From IMG/VR virus record IMGVR_UViG_2526164601_000013: a stretch of DNA of 16,478 nt. The stretch is one strand, 5' to 3'. How positions within the stretch are numbered: position 1 is the stretch's first letter; the number at the start of each line of letters is the position of its first letter. The notes below the pieces were generated by a model that was given only the letters and a program-made list of their open reading frames with translations, was not told the origin of the DNA and did not search any database. Made by a program: the position numbers and the translations under genes. Below, piece by piece: positions 6,947-13,380 of this stretch. The stretch comes from a virus (taxonomy: Duplodnaviria > Heunggongvirae > Uroviricota > Caudoviricetes).

Positions 6947-7654
6947 ATGAAAACATTCGCAGAAAGACTAAATGCAGCCATGAGCTCAGCAGGGGTATCA
7001 CAATCACAGCTTGCTGACATGGTTGGAATATCTCAGCCAGCCATACAGAAGATGTCGTCCGGTAAAACAAACGGATCTCGCAAGATGGTTGAATTAGCCA
7101 ATGCTTTAAAAGTGCGTCCTGAATGGCTTAGTTCTGGTATTGGTGAAATGAGGGATGGTGCACATGAAGAACCATCCAATGTCCGTGATTCATCTTTAAA
7201 AGCTGTGGTATGGGAAGACATTAAAAGAAACGATGACGAGTTTGTTGCGTTGCCTCTTCTTAACGTTTCGCTTTCAGCTGGAAGCGGTAGCTGCGAGCTA
7301 GAGGAATCATCGGAGTTCTCTTTGGTTTTCAGAAAGCACTATCTGAAAAAGATGGGAGTATCTGAAAGATCAGCCAAGCTAGTTAGGGTTGTAGGGCAAA
7401 GCATGGAACCAACGCTTCACGATGGCGATGTTGTTGGTGTTAACACGCAAGATACCACAATCAGAGATGGTAAAACCTACGCTATTTGCCAGTCTGATTT
7501 GTTACGAGTAAAAACATTAATCGCCACCCCTACATCGGTGATAATCAGATCAATAAATCGCGAAGAGTACCCGGATGAAGTAATGGATAGAGATGAATTT
7601 CATGAAACCGTAAGGATTATTGGCAGAGTATTCTGGTCGTCTCATAGTTGGTAA
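6947..7654 (+). CDS. cI: Prophage repressor cI-like (N-terminal HTH, C-terminal LexA/S24 autopeptidase domain)
   Basis: Track ORF 6917..7654, trimmed to Met MKTFAERL because the upstream part overlaps operator 3. HTH segment GVSQSQLADMVGISQPAIQKM. S24 motifs GQSMEPTLHDGDVVGV (Ser) and LRVKTL (Lys). Confidence 0.85.
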   Translation: MKTFAERLNAAMSSAGVSQSQLADMVGISQPAIQKMSSGKTNGSRKMVELANALKVRPEWLSSGIGEMRDGAHEEPSNVRDSSLKAVVWEDIKRNDDEFVALPLLNVSLSAGSGSCELEESSEFSLVFRKHYLKKMGVSERSAKLVRVVGQSMEPTLHDGDVVGVNTQDTTIRDGKTYAICQSDLLRVKTLIATPTSVIIRSINREEYPDEVMDRDEFHETVRIIGRVFWSSHSW

Positions 7655-7694
7655 CCGATAATCAGAAGAAGACTTACGGAAGTGCGGAGGGATA

Positions 7695-7991
7695 ATGGAA
7701 TTTCTGATAGTTTTTGTTGTTGTTTTGGTCATCATTCTTTTTGTTTTGCTAAGCATTAGTAAAAAGCTATCTCAAATGATTGAACATAGCTCTAATCGTG
7801 CAAAAGAAGAAGAGCATATAATTGATATAAAAGAGATTCTCTCTGATATAAAAATCACATTAGATGAAATAAAATACACAACAGATCTAATTGAACAGTA
7901 TAAAATACCAACCCCAAACGAGAGAAAAGCAATAGATCAATATCGTATTGACTTAGAAATCGACGAAATGCTAAGCAAAAGAAAAGACTAA
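7695..7991 (+). CDS. Small membrane-anchored coiled-coil protein (98 aa) downstream of cI; candidate exclusion/abortive-infection moron
   Basis: Track ORF. GGAGGG Shine-Dalgarno upstream. N-terminal TM helix FLIVFVVVLVIILFVLLSI, then a charged helical region. Strongly AT-rich codon usage. Followed by an intrinsic terminator. Confidence 0.6.
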   Translation: MEFLIVFVVVLVIILFVLLSISKKLSQMIEHSSNRAKEEEHIIDIKEILSDIKITLDEIKYTTDLIEQYKIPTPNERKAIDQYRIDLEIDEMLSKRKD

Positions 7992-7996
7992 AAACA

Positions 7997-8023
7997 CCCG
8001 GCCTCAGCGCCGGGTTTTCTTTT
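7997..8023 (+). terminator. Rho-independent terminator ending the cI - orf98 transcription unit
   Basis: Stem CCCGGC / GCCGGG (7997-8002 / 8009-8014), loop CTCAGC, then TTTTCTTTTCC. Confidence 0.7.
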
Positions 8024-8145
8024 CCTGCCGTTCACCACCCAATCAACCATCCTCATCATAGACAAGCATCAAGCCAAAGGTAACACCTTCACCCCGCACG
8101 CAAGCCCTCAAACACCAATCAATCAGCAACATTTACAAAAATAAA

Positions 8146-8230
8146 ATACCTTTGTTATCCATCACTTATAACCTATTTACCATAAAATATAAATTAGGTT
8201 ATTGACCACACCTATAACCTAAGTTATCTT
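8146..8230 (+). promoter_or_regulatory. OL operators and candidate pL promoter
   Basis: ATAACCTAAGTTAT at 8214-8227 and ATAAATTAGGTTAT at 8189-8202, same family as the OR sites. Degenerate third site at about 8146-8181. Candidate -35 TTGACC at 8202-8207 and -10 TATCTT at 8225-8230 with a 17-bp spacer. Confidence 0.5.
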
Positions 8231-8276
8231 TAAGCCATCAGCAGGACGCTGGAAGCCAAACGGAACAGATTGGCAG

Positions 8277-8317
8277 GCTCTTTAACATTGATGGGATTGT
8301 CCCGCCGAAATGCGGGA
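8277..8317 (+). promoter_or_regulatory. nutL site: boxA and boxB hairpin
   Basis: boxA GCTCTTTAACA at 8277-8287 (close to the rrn boxA consensus as I recall it). boxB TCCCGC-CGAAAT-GCGGGA at 8300-8317. Both identical to the nutR copies. Confidence 0.65.
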
Positions 8318-8424
8318 ACCAAAGAGTAGTTGGCTTTGGGGTGACGTGAAGTGCAGCTGCACGACGGCAACCGGAAGATAAGCACCCGGCGCGTCACCGC
8401 CAAAGTCAATCATCGGAGGTCAAC

Positions 8425-8696
8425 ATGACAGTAGTCATTACATATCTGGCTGACGATAACGCCAGAAATCGCGCAGAGCACGCAGACAGGCTCAACGTGA
8501 ACAGGCAATGCAAGAACAGCGATTGGCACGAAAAATTGCGCTAAAGCTCTCTGGTTGCGTCAGAGCAGATAAAGCAGCATCACTCGGAAGCCTTCGCTGC
8601 AAGAAGGCAGATGAATGCAGTGGAAGTATTTGCCTGCCAAACGTAGCCATTTACGCGGCAGGCTACCGGAAATCAAAACAACTGACGGCGAGGTAA
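8425..8696 (+). pseudogene. N: N-like antiterminator, 5' portion, apparently frameshifted
   Basis: GGAGGT Shine-Dalgarno then ATG at 8425 opens a frame reading MTVVITYLADDNA... that stops after 39 codons. The arginine-rich motif (RQKSRRARRQAQREQA) and the N-like body lie in the next frame with no in-frame start before the track ORF's ATG at 8508. Confidence 0.5.
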
Positions 8697-8698
8697 TT

Positions 8699-9061
8699 AT
8701 GGGTCAGGAAGAAAAATATGAGCTTAAAAAGCTCATTGGAGAAGACGCCATAGAAGAAATTGCAGCATTAACAACAGCTATAAAGAATATTAGGTATGCG
8801 CTAAATACGCTTATCTCCTCATGCGACAAAAATAGCAGGGAATTTTTGATACTTGGCGCAGCTCTAGGAATAGTTGATGCGGCAACGCTTCACCTAATTA
8901 CTCATGACGATATTCTTATTGAGCCGTATGAAACATTACTGCTTGTCAGGCAAAAAATGGCTGATGCCGCAGCAAATGGAGACCTTCAACTTTACATCGA
9001 CTTAAGGAAAGTATTAAGGCGAATGGTCAAAACTGAAGGAGATATCCCCCTGACAAAGTAA
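8699..9061 (+). CDS. Hypothetical protein, 120 aa; gene A of an AT-rich two-gene cassette
   Basis: Track ORF 8615..9061, trimmed to Met MGQEEKYELKK, which has a GAGGT Shine-Dalgarno. Start lies immediately after the stop of the N 5' fragment. AT-rich. No family recognised. Confidence 0.55.
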   Translation: MGQEEKYELKKLIGEDAIEEIAALTTAIKNIRYALNTLISSCDKNSREFLILGAALGIVDAATLHLITHDDILIEPYETLLLVRQKMADAAANGDLQLYIDLRKVLRRMVKTEGDIPLTK

Positions 9062-9091
9062 GGGGGTGAAGAGGCCATTTCAGGAATAAAA

Positions 9092-9586
9092 TTAATAATT
9101 TGTCAGCGGCGGTACATATACAGGCTTAGGGTCTGGCGCTCTATACATCCGGTATTCATTCTTACAGCGAGGACATGAATGCACAAAGAACCCATTAGAT
9201 TTTATAGTAACCGTGCTTGGTTGAAGTATCGATATTTTATGTTCGCCGAAGCAATGTGCACAAAGGTTATGCTGCTGAATAGAAGGATCGGAATGACTCT
9301 TAGGTCGATACACGACAGAACCACCTTCAGTTGTATGAAGTTCATAATTCTCAGCTTGCACAACAAACATCTTGATTTTTCTATTTTCATCTCGAAGCTT
9401 CATTGCGATCTCCTTCTCGGCCTGATAAAGGCCAGAGAGCTCCGCATTAAGCATCTGTAAGTCAGTTATTCTTTGGTGTAGATCACCAATAGCTTTAGCG
9501 ATAACAGCATCGTCTCTGGTTTCTTTTATTGTCTTCAGCAGATCATAAGCCTGTTTCGCGGCAGTTATACCAGATAACACATCCAT
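9092..9586 (-). CDS. Hypothetical protein, 164 aa: N-terminal coiled coil plus C-terminal CxxC...CxxC zinc-ribbon-like domain; gene B of the cassette
   Basis: Track ORF, antisense to the pL operon and convergent with gene A. Cys motifs CAHC and CPRC about 20 residues apart. AT-rich. No family recognised. Confidence 0.55.
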   Translation of the reverse strand: MDVLSGITAAKQAYDLLKTIKETRDDAVIAKAIGDLHQRITDLQMLNAELSGLYQAEKEIAMKLRDENRKIKMFVVQAENYELHTTEGGSVVYRPKSHSDPSIQQHNLCAHCFGEHKISILQPSTVTIKSNGFFVHSCPRCKNEYRMYRAPDPKPVYVPPLTNY

Positions 9587-9667
9587 ATAAATTACTCTCT
9601 TACTGTAGGGGTAAGAGGATTTTACTATTTTTCTCGCTGTAGGGGTACACGAGAACCACCGAGCCTG

Positions 9668-9778
9668 ATGTGGTTAAAAGACAGGCACAATCTTTACTAC
9701 CGCAAGCCACGCAGTGAAATGGGTGTGACTTGTGTTGGTCGCCAGAAAATGAAATTAGACAGCAAACCACTTATTTGA
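9668..9778 (+). pseudogene. N: N-like antiterminator, C-terminal remnant
   Basis: Translation ...NLYYRKPRSEMGVTCVGRQKMKLDSKPLI* closely matches my recollection of the lambda N C-terminus (RTWYSKPGERGITCSGRQKIKGKSIPLI*). The frame is open only from a stop near 9575, so it cannot encode a full N. Confidence 0.5.
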
Positions 9779-9786
9779 GGTGAGAT

Positions 9787-10257
9787 ATGACAAAATCATG
9801 GAGCGTACCTTTTCCTGAATCAGAAACTGAACATGATGGAATGCCTGTTTTCTGGAGATTCCAGGCGACAGTTGAAGAAGATGGAATCAAAATATTCGCA
9901 CTTCAATATATAGCTTTTCATCAGACAGAGCATTATGCATGGTTGGTTCCTGCGCATTGGATTGTTAATTTTAAACCAGCACCAAATCAGTGGTTACAGG
10001 AATGGAAACAAAAGAGAAATAGATATGCAATTAAGAAAGTAGCAAAAAATGCAGAAAGATCTTTTGCATTCCCAACGAAGAAACTTGCTATTGAAAGTTT
10101 ATTGCGCCGGAAGAAATACCATTTAATGAGAATAAAACAAGATTTGGCTGTTGTATCAACTCTTGTTGATGGGATGAAAAATATTGATACATCAACACCA
10201 GATATTGAATATAACTTTGGACACAACCAAGAAACAGAAAATTGGGTATTTTATTAG
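9787..10257 (+). CDS. Hypothetical protein, 156 aa
   Basis: Track ORF. GAGGTGAG Shine-Dalgarno. Starts 9 nt after the N-remnant stop. AT-rich. Confidence 0.55.
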   Translation: MTKSWSVPFPESETEHDGMPVFWRFQATVEEDGIKIFALQYIAFHQTEHYAWLVPAHWIVNFKPAPNQWLQEWKQKRNRYAIKKVAKNAERSFAFPTKKLAIESLLRRKKYHLMRIKQDLAVVSTLVDGMKNIDTSTPDIEYNFGHNQETENWVFY

Positions 10258-10361
10258 TACGAATAAGCACTGTGTATTCATTCCAACGAGTGAATACACG
10301 GAGCAATGTCGCTCGTAACTAAACAGGAGCCGACTTGTTCTGATTATTGGAAATCTTCTTT

Positions 10362-10388
10362 GCCCTCCAATGTGAGGGCGATTTTTTT
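10362..10388 (+). terminator. Rho-independent terminator (tL1-like) in the pL operon
   Basis: Stem GCCCTC / GAGGGC (10362-10367 / 10374-10379), loop CAATGT, then GATTTTTTT. Ends 12 nt before the ATG at 10401. Confidence 0.55.
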
Positions 10389-10400
10389 GACGGAGGAAAT

Positions 10401-10712
10401 ATGAAATTACGTGTCTGGCATATCCCGCAAGTACCTATGAAACCGTTCATTGCAGAAGTGGCAAGTGTTGAAGAGGGTGTTCGCCTGATGGGCGCACTGG
10501 CTGATTATGACGCCTTTCAGTATGACAACAACATCAAGCCTGATTACTGCAATGCTAACGGCCTTGAGATGTGGGATGAGAGCCTTACCGATGAAGATTT
10601 ATCAGAGGTGGGGCTTACTGATCGCTGGGTGGATTGGTACAGCGAATGCCAATGTTACGACGACCCACGTAAATATCTCGAAAGCCTGAAAGAAGAAACA
10701 TCAGCCGCCTAA
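10401..10712 (+). CDS. Hypothetical acidic protein, about 103 aa
   Basis: Track ORF 10347..10712 begins at a TTG inside the terminator. Start moved to ATG 10401 (MKLRVWHIPQV), which has a GGAGG Shine-Dalgarno. Confidence 0.5.
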   Translation: MKLRVWHIPQVPMKPFIAEVASVEEGVRLMGALADYDAFQYDNNIKPDYCNANGLEMWDESLTDEDLSEVGLTDRWVDWYSECQCYDDPRKYLESLKEETSAA

Positions 10713-10787
10713 GCGCGGCTTTACCGCATACCAATAACGCTTCACTCGAGGCGTTTTCGTTATGCAATCAAATATAAGGAGTTACCC

Positions 10788-10922
10788 ATGATGCACTTTC
10801 AGCTCGCGGGTAGCGGCGTCATGTCCGCTTTCTACCCGCACGAATCTGAATTATCACGCCGAGTTAAACAATTAATTAGAGCAGCAAAGAAACAACTGGA
10901 GGCGTTATGCGCAATGAAATAG
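10788..10922 (+). CDS. cIII: cIII-like small protein, 44 aa (below the 60-aa ORF-track cutoff)
   Basis: AAGGAG Shine-Dalgarno 6 nt upstream of ATGATG. Translation MMHFQLAGSGVMSAFYPHESELSRRVKQLIRAAKKQLEALCAMK resembles lambda cIII (YAIAG...ESLLERITRKLRDGWKRL) in its central amphipathic helix. Confidence 0.55.
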   Translation: MMHFQLAGSGVMSAFYPHESELSRRVKQLIRAAKKQLEALCAMK

Positions 10923-11059
10923 CCATTAATCACCAGATGCTTCGTGCGGCACAAAACAAAGCAGTAATAGCCAGATTTATTGGTGATTCAAAAATGTGGC
11001 TTGAAGCAAATAAAGCGATGAAATCAGCTATCAACCTTCCGTGGTATCGCAGGAAATGA
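10907..11059 (+). CDS. kil: Kil-like small protein, 50 aa (below the track cutoff)
   Basis: GGAGG Shine-Dalgarno then ATG. Overlaps the cIII-like 3' end. Contains AVIARFIGDSKMW, similar to the FIGDEKM segment I recall in lambda Kil. Low-certainty family call. Confidence 0.4.
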   Translation: MRNEIAINHQMLRAAQNKAVIARFIGDSKMWLEANKAMKSAINLPWYRRK

Positions 11060-11134
11060 GTTTCACAGATAACTGGTCAGACGAAGAATTCATTCGTCAG
11101 ATGAAAGAATTAATCGGTAACGAAGGAGATATTC

Positions 11135-11305
11135 ATGTCACTTGCAACCACAGTGAAGGAGAGCAAGTTACAGAGACGCATGTACACGCAGCAGGCGTTA
11201 ATGTATCGCCAGAAGGGAGATCGTGAAGGTGTTCGCGTATTTTTAAATGCGGCAAAGACTGAAGTATTAAATCAGCGTTATTTCCTTGGGCCATGCCCAT
11301 TCTGA
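11135..11305 (+). CDS. Small protein, 56 aa, directly upstream of erf (P22 arf-like position)
   Basis: Strong AAGGAG Shine-Dalgarno 6 nt upstream of the ATG. Translation is helical-looking throughout. Competes with the track ORF 11041..11226 in another frame. Confidence 0.35.
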   Translation: MSLATTVKESKLQRRMYTQQALMYRQKGDREGVRVFLNAAKTEVLNQRYFLGPCPF

Positions 11306-11315
11306 GAACAAACAT

Positions 11316-11921
11316 ATGAGCAAAGACTTTTACGCAAGACTGGCAGCTATTCAGGAGAACTTGAACGCGCCAAAGAATCAGTACGACTCATTCGGTAAAT
11401 ATAAATACAGAAGCTGCGAAGACATTCTTGAAGGCGTTAAGCCGTTACTGAATGGCCTGTTTTTATCAATCAGCGATGAAGTTGTGTTGATTGGTGATCG
11501 GTATTATGTGAAAGCCACGGCAACTATTACCGATGGCGAAAACAGTCATACGGCAACCGCTCTTGCACGAGAGGAAGAAAGCAAGAAAGGAATGGATTCT
11601 GCACAAGTTACGGGAGCTACAAGCTCTTATGCACGCAAGTATTGCCTCAATGGTTTGTTCGGCATTGATGATGCGAAAGATGCAGATACCGACGAGCATA
11701 AACATCAGCAGAACGCAGCAGCAAAGCAGTCAAAACCATCACCTACACCTGAACAGGTTCTAAAAGCATTCACTGACGCAGCATTGCAGAAAAACACCGT
11801 GGAAGAGCTTAAACAGGCGTTCGCCAAAGCGTGGAAGATGCTCGAAGGCACACCGGAGCAGCACAAAGCGCAGGACGTTTACAACATCAGACGAGACGAA
11901 TTAGAAGGAGCTGCTGCTTAA
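11316..11921 (+). CDS. erf: Erf-family single-strand annealing recombinase
   Basis: Track ORF 11286..11921, trimmed to Met MSKDFYARLAAIQENLNAPKN, which matches my recollection of the P22 Erf N-terminus. Followed by ssb. Confidence 0.65.
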   Translation: MSKDFYARLAAIQENLNAPKNQYDSFGKYKYRSCEDILEGVKPLLNGLFLSISDEVVLIGDRYYVKATATITDGENSHTATALAREEESKKGMDSAQVTGATSSYARKYCLNGLFGIDDAKDADTDEHKHQQNAAAKQSKPSPTPEQVLKAFTDAALQKNTVEELKQAFAKAWKMLEGTPEQHKAQDVYNIRRDELEGAAA

Positions 11922-12304
11922 TGGCACATTCGATTACTGTAAGACTAAACAAGCCCGCAAGAGAGTTTCAGGCCGGGGAAAATATCGGATTCAACATCCG
12001 TGCTGGCGTTCAGTATTACGATCGCCAGACAAAAAAGAAAGAATGGACAAACTACAGCGCCGTTGTATTTGCCAAGCCGGGAGCGCAAGCGGATTACTAC
12101 CGTAGTGTTCTTGTTGAAGGTGGCATTGTGGAAATTACCGGAGAAAACATCAGGGTTGATGTTTATCAGGGGCAAAATGGTCAATCAATCACTCTTGAAT
12201 TACTGAATGCAAAGATTGGATTTGCAGCTTCAGGAAATGGCCCGCAGCAGCAAAGTAGTAACCAGCAGAACACTCCTGTATACGACGATTCCATCCCATT
12301 CTGA
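11921..12304 (+). CDS. ssb: Phage single-stranded DNA-binding protein (short SSB)
   Basis: Track ORF 11831..12304, trimmed to Met MAHSITVRL (TAATG overlap with the erf stop). Gln/Gly-rich tail ending DDSIPF, like the acidic C-terminal tip of bacterial SSB. Confidence 0.65.
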   Translation: MAHSITVRLNKPAREFQAGENIGFNIRAGVQYYDRQTKKKEWTNYSAVVFAKPGAQADYYRSVLVEGGIVEITGENIRVDVYQGQNGQSITLELLNAKIGFAASGNGPQQQSSNQQNTPVYDDSIPF

Positions 12305-12327
12305 TTTAGAAAAATAAGGATTTAATT

Positions 12328-12621
12328 ATGCCAGCGCCTCTGTATGGTGCGGATGACCCACGCCGCTGTTCCGGCAATTCCGTATCGGAGGTGCTGGATA
12401 AATTCAGAAAAAACTACGATCGGATAATGTCGCTACCGCAGGAAACGAAAGAGGAAAAGGAATTTCGCCATTGTATATGGCTTGCAGAGAAAGAAGAACG
12501 CGAGCGAATTTACCAGACATCAATCCGACCATTCCGCAAAGCCACATATACCCACTTCCCTGAAATTGACCCGCGCCTGCGTAATTACCGCTCACGCTAT
12601 GGCGCTATCAGTAATGACTGA
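12328..12621 (+). CDS. Hypothetical protein, 97 aa
   Basis: Track ORF. AAGGA Shine-Dalgarno. Confidence 0.5.
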   Translation: MPAPLYGADDPRRCSGNSVSEVLDKFRKNYDRIMSLPQETKEEKEFRHCIWLAEKEERERIYQTSIRPFRKATYTHFPEIDPRLRNYRSRYGAISND

Positions 12622-12792
12622 GGAATTTACCATGAGAGGACTTGCATACAATCCCGGCATTCTTCCGGCAGAAATGATTATTCGCCAACGCGTAAAGCCA
12701 ATGCCATCGAGAGAGTAATTGCTTAAGAGAAAGAGTTTCGGTTCTGTTAATGACAACAAATATCTGAATGCTATGTGGCGGAGTGGGAAAAA

Positions 12793-13380
12793 ATGAAACA
12801 AATGTCACTAATTGAGATGGATGGTTTTCTGAAAGGTAAATGCATCCCACGAGATCTAAAGGTTAACGAAACAAACGCTGAATATCTTGTCCGTAAGTTC
12901 GGTGAACTTGAATCAAAACTGGAAACGGCGTTGCGGGAGTGTCGTTCTGCTGGAATCACGATTGATAACCTTGAGGCCAAGTGCGCGGCGCTGGCAGCGG
13001 AGAGTGCGGGGATGAAGAAGTTCTGCAAAGACGCTGCATTCGATGCCGATTACGAAGCAGAGCTAGGTATGGAGCGTGGTTTATTCAGTGATGCGCTTAA
13101 CGAAATCAAAACCCCAGCCACCGATGCTTTCCTGGCTGAAGTACGTGCGGAAGCACGCAACGAGGGTATTAACTATGCCGCAAGCCGTCTTGCTGCTGCT
13201 TTCAACCACGGATTTATCAATAAGTCTTTACGTGAAGTTTTCGATGTTACGCGCATGATTCTGTCAGCGAAAGAAGAGTTGGCTAATGAACCGCATCCGA
13301 TTGATGGCCTGTCTGGTGAATATGCGGAGAAATCCCTTGAAGAATGGGCGGAACAGATTCGCAAAGGAGGCAACCAGTGA
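12793..13380 (+). CDS. Hypothetical protein, about 195 aa
   Basis: Track ORF 12775..13380 starts at GTG. The ATG at 12793 (MKQMSLIEMDG) is preferred but the start is ambiguous. Confidence 0.5.
   Translation: MKQMSLIEMDGFLKGKCIPRDLKVNETNAEYLVRKFGELESKLETALRECRSAGITIDNLEAKCAALAAESAGMKKFCKDAAFDADYEAELGMERGLFSDALNEIKTPATDAFLAEVRAEARNEGINYAASRLAAAFNHGFINKSLREVFDVTRMILSAKEELANEPHPIDGLSGEYAEKSLEEWAEQIRKGGNQ

Noticed and set aside
7033-7221. Minus-strand ORF 7033..7221 inside cI
   Set aside because: Antisense to the repressor gene, whose HTH and S24 motifs validate the plus frame.
7550-7756. Minus-strand ORF 7550..7756 spanning the cI/orf98 junction
   Set aside because: Overlaps two well-supported plus-strand genes and their intergenic RBS. 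No independent support.
8615-8698. Upstream extension of cassette gene A to the track start at 8615 (MQWKYLPAKR...)
   Set aside because: The extension overlaps the N 5' fragment in another frame and has no RBS. The internal Met at 8699 has a proper Shine-Dalgarno.
9179-9460. Track ORFs 9179..9460 (+) and 9202..9390 (-) inside cassette gene B
   Set aside because: Nested within the 164-aa ORF, which has a coherent coiled-coil plus zinc-ribbon translation. AT-rich DNA generates spurious open frames.
9987-10306. Minus-strand ORFs 9987..10226 and 10088..10306
   Set aside because: Antisense to orf156 in AT-rich sequence. Phe/Leu/Ile-rich low-complexity translations.
10507-10689. Plus-strand ORF 10507..10689 inside orf103 in another frame
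   Set aside because: Alternative frame of a gene with a good RBS. No separate start signals.
11041-11226. Track ORF 11041..11226 (GTG start; possible true start ATG 11056 overlapping the kil-like stop)
   Set aside because: Not fully rejected but downgraded. Its C-terminal half looks non-protein-like and it overlaps the better-supported 11135..11305 ORF, which has a strong AAGGAG RBS.
11133-12206. Track ORFs 11133..11315 (-), 11466..11705 (-), 11533..11763 (+), 11945..12184 (-) and 12000..12206 (+)
   Set aside because: Antisense or alternative frames within erf and ssb.
12404-13028. Track ORFs 12404..12595 (-), 12482..12718 (+), 12592..12801 (-), 12608..12850 (-) and 12771..13028 (-)
   Set aside because: Overlap plus-strand operon genes or the short intergenic region. 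No RBS support. A 28-aa ORF at about 12631..12717 with a weak Shine-Dalgarno was also noted but is too short to support.
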